Below are positions 54,364 through 63,502 of a DNA stretch of 64,000 nt, piece after piece. Made by a program: the position numbers and the translations under genes. The DNA is from Pyrinomonadaceae bacterium (GTDB lineage Bacteria > Acidobacteriota > Blastocatellia > Pyrinomonadales > Pyrinomonadaceae): NCBI GenBank assembly GCA_035563515.1, contig DATMVE010000059.1, positions 22,725 through 86,724 of the forward strand. The letters run 5' to 3'. The number at the start of each line of letters is the position of its first letter. Within the stretch, counting starts at the first letter, position 1. Under the pieces are notes generated by a model, which worked only from the letters and a program-made list of their open reading frames with translations, was not told the origin of the DNA and searched no databases.

Positions 54364-54741
54364 ATGTCTTCCACGAAGTGCCGCGCCTGCGGGCTCACAA
54401 ACTTTTCGCCGGCCGTCGTGTGTGGGCGGTGCCACTACCCGCTGTTCGGCCCCGCCGCGCAGGCAGGGTACTTGCAGGCCCCGCAGAGGAGAAAGTCGCG
54501 CCGCTGGATTCTCAACGCCGCGATTGCTTCGGTCGTCCTGATGGTCGTCCTTCTCTTCGGGCTTTACTTTTTAACTCTTATCTTTACCTTCCAGGACCCG
54601 GAACAGTTGCAGGGCGGGTGGGTGCATTTCACCCCCAGGCAGATGCGAACGATGGGCAGTAGATACAGGGTCTTGCTCATCATAGGGCTGGTCATCGTGT
54701 GGGGATACTTCTACTGGCGCAAAGACAAGTACGATCTGTGA
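54364..54741 (+). CDS. Zinc-ribbon membrane protein, hypothetical
   Basis: CRACG...CGRC N-terminal ribbon, then two TM helices. Confidence 0.6.
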   Translation: MSSTKCRACGLTNFSPAVVCGRCHYPLFGPAAQAGYLQAPQRRKSRRWILNAAIASVVLMVVLLFGLYFLTLIFTFQDPEQLQGGWVHFTPRQMRTMGSRYRVLLIIGLVIVWGYFYWRKDKYDL

Positions 54742-54763
54742 GGAAAGAATCTCATCAGCTTTT

Positions 54764-56206
54764 ATGACGAGACGCGCGAAATATCTTTTCCAGGCCGTTG
54801 CCCTCCTTCTCTTCTCCGCCACTCAGGCGGCGGCGCAGCAGGAGTACCTGCCGGAACTGGTCCGCCGCATCAAGCCGTCCGTGGTCGCCATCGTGACCTA
54901 CGACGCGAAGGGCGAGAGGCTCTCGCGCGGGAGCGGCTTCTTCACGGCGCGCGACCGCGTCGTGACGAACCGGCACGTCCTCGAAGGCGCGTTCCGCGCG
55001 GAGATTCACACGGTCAACGACGCGGCCTACAACGTCAAGGGCGTGCTCGCGGTGGACGGCGAGGGCGACATCGCGCTCCTGCAAGTTGACATCCCGCCCG
55101 CAATCGCCGTCCCGCTGTCGGTCGTCCGCACCTCGCCGCAGGAGGGCGAGTCAATCGTCGTCATCGGCAACCCGCTCGGCCTCGAAGGCAGCATCTCGAA
55201 CGGCATCGTCTCGGCCGTGCGCGACATCCCCAGCTTCGGGCGCATCATACAGATCACGGCCGCCATCTCGCCCGGCTCATCGGGAAGCCCCGTCATCAAC
55301 ATGCGCGGCGAAGTCGTCGGCGTCGCCACCCTGCAACTCGCGGACGGCCAGAGCCTCAACTTCGCCGTCCCCTCCGACCGCGTGGCCCAGTTGCAGGCGG
55401 GGCAGGCGCGCACGCTCGGCGAGCTGGTCGCGGCGACGCGCCGCAGCCAGCGCGCGTCGGCCGAAAGGTTCTACATGCAGGGCCTCGGCTTCCTCTCGCG
55501 CGACGACTGCGAGAAGGCGCTGCCCTACTTCAAGAAGGCGACGGACGCCGACCCAGATTACGCGGACGCCTGGGCGCAGACCGGCTTTTGCAGCGGCGTG
55601 CTCGGCCGCCACGCCGACGCCCTCAAAGCCTCGCGCCAGGCGATTCGCCTCAAGCCGGACTCGCCCGAGTCCTACCTCAACCTCGGCTCGGCGTTCTCCT
55701 ACCTGGGCCAATTCAAGGAGTCGGCGGACGCCTACCGCCAGGCGCTCCGCCTCGACCCGAACAACGCCGACACGCACTACGCGCTCGGCGTCACTTACGG
55801 CAAGATGGGGCGCACGGAGGACGAGGTGGCGGCCTACAAGCAGGCGATACGGCTGAGGCCCGACTTCGTCTCGGCCTACGAGAAATTGGCACAGGGCTAC
55901 TTCCGCCTGAACCGCCTGCCCGAGGCCGTCTCGAACTACAAGGTCATCGTCCAGCTCAAGCCCGGCGACGGCGTCGCCTACGACAACCTCGGCGTGGCCT
56001 ATTTGAAGCTGAAGCAGCCGGCCGAGGCCGTCGAAGCCTTCAGGCAGGCGATCCGCCTCAAACCCGACTTCGGCCGCGCCTACTACAACCTGGCCCTCGC
56101 CTACCTCTCGATCAACGACCGCGACTCGGCCGTCGAGCAGTACAACCTGCTCAAGACGATTGACCCCGACCGCGCGGACAAGCTCTACAACGTCCTCAAC
56201 CCGTAA
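54764..56206 (+). CDS. Trypsin-like (S1C) serine protease fused to C-terminal TPR repeats
   Basis: VVTNRHV (His), DIALLQV (Asp), GSSGSPVIN (Ser), then about seven TPR units. Confidence 0.85.
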   Translation: MTRRAKYLFQAVALLLFSATQAAAQQEYLPELVRRIKPSVVAIVTYDAKGERLSRGSGFFTARDRVVTNRHVLEGAFRAEIHTVNDAAYNVKGVLAVDGEGDIALLQVDIPPAIAVPLSVVRTSPQEGESIVVIGNPLGLEGSISNGIVSAVRDIPSFGRIIQITAAISPGSSGSPVINMRGEVVGVATLQLADGQSLNFAVPSDRVAQLQAGQARTLGELVAATRRSQRASAERFYMQGLGFLSRDDCEKALPYFKKATDADPDYADAWAQTGFCSGVLGRHADALKASRQAIRLKPDSPESYLNLGSAFSYLGQFKESADAYRQALRLDPNNADTHYALGVTYGKMGRTEDEVAAYKQAIRLRPDFVSAYEKLAQGYFRLNRLPEAVSNYKVIVQLKPGDGVAYDNLGVAYLKLKQPAEAVEAFRQAIRLKPDFGRAYYNLALAYLSINDRDSAVEQYNLLKTIDPDRADKLYNVLNP

Positions 56207-56208
56207 AC

Positions 56209-57738
56209 TTATTTCATCGCCTCGCTGACCAGCGTCGTCAGGGCGTTGTCCTGGAGCGTCTTGTTGTTCTGCAAGTCGCCGTGCAGGTCGCAGGCGAAGA
56301 CCGCGTAGACGATGGGGAGCGAGGTGCCGAAGAGCGAGTGGTCGCGGCCGTCGCCCTCAAGCCCCTCGCCCAAGAGCGAGCGGCGCGTGACGCGGCCGTC
56401 GCCGGGCGCGGACATCGCCTCCGTCACCTCCTTGAGCGTGACGCGGCGGCCCGCCGAAGTCTGAAACGCGCGCGGGCGCGTCAGCGTCACCCAGCGCCCC
56501 TTCTTGCGGTCGAAGAGGAGGACGGGCGCGGCGAGCGTGTCCTCGCAGTCGCCGCCGAACGCGAAGAGCTTGACGGGCGGGTCGCCGCCGCCCGCGGCGT
56601 CGAGCGCCTCGTGAAAACGTTTGGCGCGGCGCAGGACCGTCTCGAAATAGGCGTCCAACTCTTCGAGCGTGCCGCCCTTGAAGGGGGCGTTGTCGCCGCG
56701 CGTGCGGCCGCGCACGAAGCGCTCGCGATAGTCGGGGTCCGCGACCGGCGACCAGTTGTAGCGCCGCCACACGGCCGGGTCGTAAAGATCAACCTCGACG
56801 GGCTGCAAGTTCTCGTCCAGGAAGCGCACGGCCCCCGCGTGCGGCAGGAGCTGGAAGACCGACGGCGCTGTGAAAATGTCTTCGCGCGAGAGCTTGTTCA
56901 GGAGCGGGATGGGGCGGCGCAGGCCCTCCGTCACCGAGTAGCCCTGCAAGAGCGTCGTGAAGGCGTCGGCCGAGCCCTCGTTCGGCGTGCCGAACATGAT
57001 GATGCGGTTGATGTGCGCCGCGCCCTCCCACGTCGGCGCGGGCCGCACGCCGTCGTCGGGCAGGTCGTTGTCGCCGTACATCGCCGCGTAGCGCGCCACG
57101 AGGCCGCCCATGGAGTGTGCCAGAACGTTGAAGCGCAAGTCCGGGCGGTTGAGCTTGCGCTTGAGAGTTTCGAGCCTGCCGACGAGGTCGCGCGCCGTCT
57201 CCACGTTGTCGCGCCGCCAGTCGTAGGGGAAGACGTAGAAGGTGTCGCGGTCGCCTTCCGGGCCCGGGTTGCTCCAGTCGCCCTCGCGGTAGCCGCCGTA
57301 CTTTTTGAGCGCTTCGAGCAGCTCGTGGTAGACGTAGACTTCGGGCGTGAGTCGGGCCAGGCGCGCCGTGTCGACGATCTTTCTGGCGACGAGGTTGTCT
57401 CGATTGCGCGCGAGGTCCGGCGTGACGGGCAGGCTCAGGCCGTCGTCCGACGAGCGGAAGAGCGAGGGCCAGACGATTTCGCTCGTCTCGTAGTTGACGA
57501 GCTGCGAGCCGAGCACTCCGGGGATGACTATCAGCGGGCGCTTGCCCGCGCGGGCGCGCGCCTCCGCGAAGATGCGCTCCAGGTTCGGCCTGCGCCGCGC
57601 GCTGCCGATGCAGCCGGACAAGACGGGCGCGAGCACTAGAATAATCGACAGGAAGACGCGGAGACGCGGAAGACGCGAAGGGTGAAACTGAAGCTGGCGT
57701 GCGGAGAGAAAACTGCGAGGGGGGGTTGTTTTCTGCAT
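56209..57738 (-). CDS. LCAT/PGAP1-like alpha/beta-hydrolase (lipase or acyltransferase)
   Basis: Lipoprotein-like signal (LSGC). Nucleophile elbow VLAHSMGGLV. Confidence 0.7.
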   Translation of the reverse strand: MQKTTPPRSFLSARQLQFHPSRLPRLRVFLSIILVLAPVLSGCIGSARRRPNLERIFAEARARAGKRPLIVIPGVLGSQLVNYETSEIVWPSLFRSSDDGLSLPVTPDLARNRDNLVARKIVDTARLARLTPEVYVYHELLEALKKYGGYREGDWSNPGPEGDRDTFYVFPYDWRRDNVETARDLVGRLETLKRKLNRPDLRFNVLAHSMGGLVARYAAMYGDNDLPDDGVRPAPTWEGAAHINRIIMFGTPNEGSADAFTTLLQGYSVTEGLRRPIPLLNKLSREDIFTAPSVFQLLPHAGAVRFLDENLQPVEVDLYDPAVWRRYNWSPVADPDYRERFVRGRTRGDNAPFKGGTLEELDAYFETVLRRAKRFHEALDAAGGGDPPVKLFAFGGDCEDTLAAPVLLFDRKKGRWVTLTRPRAFQTSAGRRVTLKEVTEAMSAPGDGRVTRRSLLGEGLEGDGRDHSLFGTSLPIVYAVFACDLHGDLQNNKTLQDNALTTLVSEAMK

Positions 57739-57761
57739 TGCGACCTATTGTCCTCTGCCTT

Positions 57762-58535
57762 CTACCTTCCGCCTTCCTCTTCAGCTTCCCACTTGCGGTT
57801 AATCAGACTGGCGACGAAGCCCGCGCCGAAGCCGTTGTCGATGTTGACGACCGTGACGTTCGACGCGCAGGAGTTGAGCATGCCCAGGAGCGCGGCCACG
57901 CCGCCGAACGACGCGCCGTAGCCGACGCTGGTCGGGACGGCGACGACCGGCACACTGACCAGTCCGCCGACGACCGAAGGCAGCGCGCCCTCCATCCCCG
58001 CTGCGACGACGACGACGCGCGCGCGCCGCAAGAGTTCCCTCTCGGCCAGGATGCGATGAATCCCCGCCACGCCCGCGTCCCACACGCGCTCGACGCGGTT
58101 GCCCATCGCCTCCAGAGTCAGCGCCGCCTCCTCCGCCACGGGGATGTCGCTCGTGCCGGCGGTGACGACCGCGACCGGCCCGACGCCCCGCTCCGTCCTG
58201 TCCCTGCGGATGCGTATGAGCCGCGCGGACTCGTGCCACTCGGCGTCGGTCACGACGTTGCGCACCTCGCCGAACGTGCCCTCGTCCGTGCGCGTGACGA
58301 GCACGTTCGGGGAGCGTGCGACGAGCCGCTCGACGATGCCTACGACCTGCGCGCGCGTCTTGCCCGCGCCGAAGACGACCTCGGGGAAGCCCTGCCGCTC
58401 GGCGCGCGCCTGATCCACGCGCGCGTAGCCTATGTCTTCGTAATGAAGGTTGTTGATGAGCCGCGCGGCCTCGGCCGCGTCCATCTCGCCGCCGGCGTAG
58501 GCGCGCAGGAGTTTTTCTATCTCTTTTAAATTCAC
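57762..58535 (-). CDS. larB: Nickel-pincer cofactor biosynthesis protein LarB (PurE-like carboxylase/hydrolase)
   Basis: [17 protein letters not shown] and [16 protein letters not shown]...[11 protein letters not shown] motifs. Confidence 0.85.
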   Translation of the reverse strand: MNLKEIEKLLRAYAGGEMDAAEAARLINNLHYEDIGYARVDQARAERQGFPEVVFGAGKTRAQVVGIVERLVARSPNVLVTRTDEGTFGEVRNVVTDAEWHESARLIRIRRDRTERGVGPVAVVTAGTSDIPVAEEAALTLEAMGNRVERVWDAGVAGIHRILAERELLRRARVVVVAAGMEGALPSVVGGLVSVPVVAVPTSVGYGASFGGVAALLGMLNSCASNVTVVNIDNGFGAGFVASLINRKWEAEEEGGR

Positions 58536-58688
58536 GCTTCTCGAATCCCCGCCCCCTCGAAAGAGAGAGGCATTCTAGCATTCAAGCGAGCCGCTCTCGA
58601 AATGCGCGCTGCTTGCGCTCAAGGGTTGCGGCTCGTATGATGCGCTCCGTAAGTCACCCCCTTATGCTGTCAGCCAACGGAGGCCCCT

Positions 58689-59354
58689 ATGAAAAGAATC
58701 AGCGCAGGCTTGCTGGCCGCGGCTCTGCTTCTAGCCATCTCCGCCTGTTCCTCCACGACGACGACGAATGAAGGCGGGGCGAACGCCAACCGGCCCGCCA
58801 ACGCCAACGCCAACGCGAACTCGAACGGCAACGCGGGCCCCAACGCGAACGCGTCGCCCGGCAACACCGCGAACGCCCAGCCCTCGCCCGCGGCGAACAG
58901 GTTCGACGTGGTCTTCTCGCTGCGCGGCGAGCGCCAGCCGACGGACGCGCAGGTGGCCGCGCAGAAGCGCGATTACCTTAACGTCATCATCGCCAACACG
59001 CTCAAGCCGGGCGAGTACGACACGGGCGACATGAACGCGAAATTCAAGGACCCTGCGGCGACGAGCCTTTCGGGCGAAGACCGCGTGATCGTCATCACGC
59101 TCGCCTCGCCCCAGGGCAAGAAACTCGCGAAGGGGACTTACAACGGCCTCGCCGAAGGCCAGGCGATTGACTCCGCCCCCGCGGGCCAGCCCTTCGCGAT
59201 TATCAACGCCTACACCCCGTCGGGGAAGAAACAACTGGCCGGCACCGTCGAGGTCGGGAGCGTCGACAAGAACATGGTCAGCTTCAGCCTCAAGGGGCTG
59301 CCGCCCGAGCTGAAACTGACCGCGATGGGCTACGGCGCGCCGTACAAAAACTAG
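58689..59354 (+). CDS. Lipoprotein, hypothetical (Asn/Ala-rich linker)
   Basis: Lipobox LAISAC. NANANANANSNGNAGPNANAS low-complexity linker. Confidence 0.7.
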   Translation: MKRISAGLLAAALLLAISACSSTTTTNEGGANANRPANANANANSNGNAGPNANASPGNTANAQPSPAANRFDVVFSLRGERQPTDAQVAAQKRDYLNVIIANTLKPGEYDTGDMNAKFKDPAATSLSGEDRVIVITLASPQGKKLAKGTYNGLAEGQAIDSAPAGQPFAIINAYTPSGKKQLAGTVEVGSVDKNMVSFSLKGLPPELKLTAMGYGAPYKN

Positions 59355-59434
59355 CAGGCAGCAGGCAGTGGGCGGTGGGCAGTTAAGACCGACTGCTTTT
59401 ACTGCCAACTGCCCACTGCCTGCTGCCTACTGCC
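59354..59434. repeat. Heptamer-built hairpin (GGCAG words) between co-directional genes
   Basis: Left arm 59354-59383, right arm 59401-59434, imperfect pairing. It ends 3 nt before the ubiX ATG. Confidence 0.75.
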
Positions 59435-59436
59435 TT

Positions 59437-60042
59437 ATGGAACTGACTGTCGCCATCACGGGAGCTTCGGGCTCCATCTACGCGCACCGCACGCTGATCC
59501 AGTTGGCGGCGAGTGGGGCGGTCGAGCGCGTCAACCTGATTATGTCCGAGTCGGCGCGGACGGTGGCGCGTGTCGAACTGGGCGTTGACCTGGGCGAGGC
59601 GGATTCGGCGCGCGTCAACGAGTGGCTCAGGCTCCCTGCGGACTCGAAACTGGTCCGAACGCACCGCCTCGATAATTTGGCGGCGACGCCGGCCTCTGGG
59701 TCGCACATGCAGGCGGGCATGGTCATAGTGCCCTGCTCGATGGGCACGCTCGGCGCGATAGCTTCCGGCGCTGGCACAAATTTGATTCACCGCGCGGCCG
59801 ACGTGACGCTGAAGGAAGGGCGGAAACTCGTGCTCGTCCCGCGCGAGACGCCGTACAGCGCGATTCACCTGGAGAACATGCTCAAGCTCGCGCACGCCGG
59901 GGCGCGCATCCTCCCGGCCAGCCCGGCCTTCTATCACCGGCCGCGGACAATCGAGGAGATGGTTGACCACCTGGTCTTCCGCATCCTGGACCAGTTCGGC
60001 GTCCCGCACTCGCAGGGCACGCGCTGGAAAGGGGGGGGATAG
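59437..60042 (+). CDS. ubiX: Flavin prenyltransferase UbiX family (probably the futalosine-pathway MqnL role)
   Basis: ATG 59437. LTVAITGASGSIYA and VIVPCSMGTLGAIASG motifs. Confidence 0.88.
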   Translation: MELTVAITGASGSIYAHRTLIQLAASGAVERVNLIMSESARTVARVELGVDLGEADSARVNEWLRLPADSKLVRTHRLDNLAATPASGSHMQAGMVIVPCSMGTLGAIASGAGTNLIHRAADVTLKEGRKLVLVPRETPYSAIHLENMLKLAHAGARILPASPAFYHRPRTIEEMVDHLVFRILDQFGVPHSQGTRWKGGG

Positions 60043-60146
60043 TTGGCAGCAGGCAGTTGGCAGTTGGCAGTTAAAGCAAAAGCTCAACGCCGCTCGTCGC
60101 CCTTTTTACTGCCCACTGCGAACTGCCAACTGCCAACTGTTTTTTT
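60042..60146 (+). terminator. Heptamer-built hairpin element followed by a T7 run
   Basis: The left arm 60042-60076 ends in GGCAGTTAAAG. The loop has AAAGCTCAACGCcGCTCG. Right arm 60102-60137, then tgttttttt. Confidence 0.7.
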
Positions 60147-60298
60147 GCAGTTTGCGAAGAATTGTGCCAGAAAACGCGCGCTTTTGCGGCCGCACCCATT
60201 TGGCCCCGTCTTTGCTCTTGAGGGGGGCGGGAGGGGCTCGCGGAGGGAAATGGCCGGGGCATCGGCTCCCTGGCCGCCCGCGGGCCTGACGAAAAGTT

Positions 60299-61174
60299 AT
60301 GTTGACCGCCACAGCTAAAAACGTCCGCACGACGCTCGAAATGATTAAGATCGAGCACACGCTGTTCGCGCTGCCGTTCGCTTTTCTGGGGGCAGTGCTC
60401 GCGGCTGGCGGCTTGCCGACCGCGCAGCAGGCGCTCTGGATTACGCTCGCGATGGTCGGCGCGCGCTCGTGCGCGATGGCCTTCAACCGCATCGCCGACC
60501 GCGAGATCGACGCGCGCAACCCGCGCACGCGAACGCGCGCTCTGCCGTCGGGCGCGCTCTCGGTCGGCTTCGTCTGGGCTTTCACGGTCATCTCCGCGGC
60601 GCTCTTCTTCACGGCCGCGGCGATGCTCAACCGCCTGACGCTCGTGCTCGCGCCCGTGGCGCTCGCGAGCATATTGCTCTACTCGTACACGAAGCGCTGG
60701 ACGATGCTCTCGCACCTGGTGCTCGGCTGGTGCCTGGCTATCGCTCCCGCCGGCGCGTGGGTCGCGGTGCGCGGCGCGCTCGACAGCCCTGTGCCATTTC
60801 TGCTGTCGCTCGTCGTCATGCTGTGGACCGCTGGCTTCGACGTGCTCTACGCCTGCCAGGACTACGAGTTCGACCGCCGCGCGGGGCTGCACTCGATCCC
60901 GCGCCACCTCGGCGTCGGCCGCGCGCTCTGGGTCTCGCGCCTCTTCCACGCGCAAGCCTTCTCCACGCTCGTTGCGCTATACTTGGTGACGAACCTGGGC
61001 GCGCTCGCGCTCCTGGGCGTGGTCGCCACCGGCGCGCTGCTCGTCTACCAGCACACGCTCGTGCGCGCCAACGACCTGAGCCGGCTGAACGCGGCGTTCT
61101 TCACCACGAACGCCTTCGTCAGCGTCATCCTGTTCGCGACCTTCGGCGGCGCGCTGCTCTTCAAGCTCGTTTAG
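60299..61174 (+). CDS. UbiA-family aromatic prenyltransferase (probably the futalosine-pathway MqnP role)
   Basis: [15 protein letters not shown] (NxxxDxxxD) and a second Asp-rich motif CQDYEFD. Polytopic membrane protein. Confidence 0.85.
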   Translation: MLTATAKNVRTTLEMIKIEHTLFALPFAFLGAVLAAGGLPTAQQALWITLAMVGARSCAMAFNRIADREIDARNPRTRTRALPSGALSVGFVWAFTVISAALFFTAAAMLNRLTLVLAPVALASILLYSYTKRWTMLSHLVLGWCLAIAPAGAWVAVRGALDSPVPFLLSLVVMLWTAGFDVLYACQDYEFDRRAGLHSIPRHLGVGRALWVSRLFHAQAFSTLVALYLVTNLGALALLGVVATGALLVYQHTLVRANDLSRLNAAFFTTNAFVSVILFATFGGALLFKLV

Positions 61175-61205
61175 AGCGGCGCGCCCGCACGCTAGAGAGA
61201 ACGCT

Positions 61206-61823
61206 ATGAGTACCACCACACTCACCCCGGTCGAACAAAGCGCGGAGGCGCTCGTGCTCCACTTCCACCCTGTGCTCCAGAAACTCGGCGAAGACGGGTT
61301 CTACGAATTCTGCATGCTCAATAAAGATTTACACATTGAGCTGACCAGCGCAGGAGACTTGATTGTCATGTCACCGACCGGATTAAAGACCGGGCATCGC
61401 AACGCCAAATTAATCGCCAGAGGCGTGACCTGGGCAGAACAGGACGGAACGGGGCTGGCCTTTGACTCCTCCACCTTGTTCACGCTGCCTAACGGCGCGA
61501 AGCGTTCGCCCGACTTCTCGTGGGTGCGGAATGAAAGGTGGGAGCAGCTTCCCGAGAAAGAGCGGGAGCAGTTTGCGACGCTCTGCCCGGACTTCGTCGT
61601 CGAGTTGCGCTCGCCGTCGGATTCACTGAGCACGCTGAAGAAGAAGATGCAGGAGTACATAGAGAACGGCGCGCAGCTCGGCTGGCTGATTGACCCTTTG
61701 GAGAAGAAAGTTTACGTCTACCGGCCGCAGTCCGCGGTCGAGAGCCTCGACGACCCGCAGACGGTTTCCGGCGACCCCTTGCTGCCCGGCTTCGCGCTCG
61801 ACGTGCAATCGCTCTGGGAGTAG
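61206..61823 (+). CDS. Uma2-family (DUF820) putative endonuclease
   Basis: ELTSAGDLIVMSP, PDFVVELRSPSD and GAQLGWLIDP motifs. Local GC is lower than in the neighbours. Confidence 0.75.
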   Translation: MSTTTLTPVEQSAEALVLHFHPVLQKLGEDGFYEFCMLNKDLHIELTSAGDLIVMSPTGLKTGHRNAKLIARGVTWAEQDGTGLAFDSSTLFTLPNGAKRSPDFSWVRNERWEQLPEKEREQFATLCPDFVVELRSPSDSLSTLKKKMQEYIENGAQLGWLIDPLEKKVYVYRPQSAVESLDDPQTVSGDPLLPGFALDVQSLWE

Positions 61824-61843
61824 TTTAGATTTCGATAAGACTC

Positions 61844-62956
61844 ATGAACTTTTCACACGACCCGAACCTGAACGAGATCGCGCCGAAGGTTGAGCGCGGC
61901 GAGCGTTTGTCTTTCGAAGACGGTCTGAAGCTCTACGCGACCGACGACCTGCCCGCGCTGGCGAAGCTCGCGGACGCCGTGCGCCGCAGGCTCCACGGGC
62001 GCACGACTTACTACAACGTCAACCGCCACTTCAACCCGACCAACGTCTGCTACGCCGACTGTAAGTTCTGCGGCTTCTTCCGCACGCCGCGCCAGCCCGA
62101 CGCCTACACGCACAACATAGAGGACAGCTTGCGCATCGCGGGCGAGGCGGTCCGCGAGGGCGCGACCGAGCTTCACATCGTCGGCGGGCTGAACACCAAA
62201 CTGCCGTTCAGCTATTTCACGGACCTCCTCTCGTCGCTCAAGCGCGAGTACCCGCGGCTGCACCTCAAGGCTTGGACGATGGTCGAGCTTGACCACTTCG
62301 CGCACTTCTACAAGATGACGGACGAGGAGGTCATAGAGAGCCTGAAGGCGGCCGGGATGGACTCGTGCCCCGGCGGCGGGGCGGAGATTTTCCGCGAGCC
62401 GACGCGCTCCATGATCTGCGCGCACAAGACGAACGCCGAACGCTGGCTGGAGCTTTCCGGCAAAGTCCACGCCGCCGGCCTCAAGACCAACGCGACCATG
62501 CTCTACGGCCACATCGAGACGACCGAAGACCGCGTCGACCACCTCGTGCGCCTGCGCGAACAGCAGGACAAGTCGGGCGGCTTCCAGTGCTTCATCCCGC
62601 TCGCTTTTTATCCGCCCGGCACGCAGCTCTCGCACCTGCCCGGCCCGTCGGGCGTGGACTCCTTGAAGACGATGGCCGTCTCGCGCCTGATGCTCGACAA
62701 CTTCCCGCACGTCAAAGCCTACTGGGTGATGCTCGGCAAGCGGCTCGCGCAGGTCGCGCTCCACTACGGCGCGAACGACCTGGACGGCACCATCACCGAG
62801 GGCGGCGAGTTGTCGGAGAGCTACTCGGTCGAGGCCGGCAACGAAGTCAAGATGAACAAGCAGGAGATCGCCGCGCTCATCGAAGACGCGGGCTTCGAGG
62901 CCGTCGAGCGCGACACGCTCTACAACCCGGTCGTGCGTGAGACGGCCGTCGCCTGA
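61844..62956 (+). CDS. Radical-SAM menaquinone (futalosine pathway) enzyme, MqnE-like (MqnC not excluded)
   Basis: [10 protein letters not shown] CxxxCxxC cluster. CofH/ThiH-like length. Clustering with ubiX and ubiA mirrors the Streptomyces mqnE neighbourhood as I remember it. Confidence 0.75.
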   Translation: MNFSHDPNLNEIAPKVERGERLSFEDGLKLYATDDLPALAKLADAVRRRLHGRTTYYNVNRHFNPTNVCYADCKFCGFFRTPRQPDAYTHNIEDSLRIAGEAVREGATELHIVGGLNTKLPFSYFTDLLSSLKREYPRLHLKAWTMVELDHFAHFYKMTDEEVIESLKAAGMDSCPGGGAEIFREPTRSMICAHKTNAERWLELSGKVHAAGLKTNATMLYGHIETTEDRVDHLVRLREQQDKSGGFQCFIPLAFYPPGTQLSHLPGPSGVDSLKTMAVSRLMLDNFPHVKAYWVMLGKRLAQVALHYGANDLDGTITEGGELSESYSVEAGNEVKMNKQEIAALIEDAGFEAVERDTLYNPVVRETAVA

Positions 62957-63052
62957 CGCGCCGCGTCCCCCTTTGCGCGCGCGGCGAAGTTTTGGCCCCC
63001 ACGAATTGGCACACGCCCGCCCCGGCGGGCATAGAGCGAAGGAGACACAGAC

Positions 63053-63280
63053 ATGAAGGCCGATGATCCAACCTGGGGTGAAGGAGCCAGCGACACGGAC
63101 GAGGGCGGCACACAACAAGCGGACGAGGCCGACACGGATTCGGGCGACGCCGGGACGAAAGGCACCGGCAGCGCGGGCTTAACGAGCGGGGAGAGCGGGG
63201 ACGCGGGAACGAAAGGGACCGGCAGCGCCGGTTTGACCAGCGGGGACGCCGGGACGAAAGGCACGGGCAGCGCCGGCTAA
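63053..63280 (+). CDS. Small acidic protein with three tandem GDAGTKGTGSAGLTSG repeats
   Basis: GAAGGAG 7 nt upstream of the ATG. Repeats 63143-63190 and 63197-63244 differ at 8 nucleotide positions, all synonymous. Confidence 0.7.
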   Translation: MKADDPTWGEGASDTDEGGTQQADEADTDSGDAGTKGTGSAGLTSGESGDAGTKGTGSAGLTSGDAGTKGTGSAG

Positions 63281-63502
63281 CCGATGAACTCTTAATCCGG
63301 CACCGACTCCGTCGCCCGACTCGGGTGCCGAATGAGTGAAAGCCCGCGGGTCGCTCGGGGAGGCAATAAAACCGGGCGACCCGTTTGACCGGCGCGAGCG
63401 CTGTCCGCGACTCGCGCCGCTTCAGCACACGACAGGCGGCCGGAAGCGTGCGGCACTACGGCCGAAAACTTCCGGCGGGTAAATCAATCGCATCATAAAA
63501 TC

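Noticed and set aside
53184-57639. ORFs 53184..54317 (minus), 55086..55856 and 56281..57639 (plus)
   Set aside because: They are shadows or alternative frames of proS, the S1C-TPR protease and the LCAT-like hydrolase. No motifs, and the composition is Arg/Ala-rich.
58780-58870. Repetitive AACGCC/AACGCG DNA in the lipoprotein gene
   Set aside because: It encodes an in-frame Asn/Ala-rich low-complexity linker (NANANANANSNGN) after the lipobox. It is not an independent repeat element.
60031-60038. A G8 homopolymer at the end of ubiX as a possible phase-variation tract
   Set aside because: It lies in the last three sense codons (KGGG*). A slip would change only the extreme C-terminus. There is no evidence of variability from a single sequence.
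63007-63020. TTGGCACacgcccGC upstream of the repeat-peptide gene as a sigma-54 promoter
   Set aside because: The GG to GC spacing is 9 nt rather than 10, and there is no TTGC -12 element.
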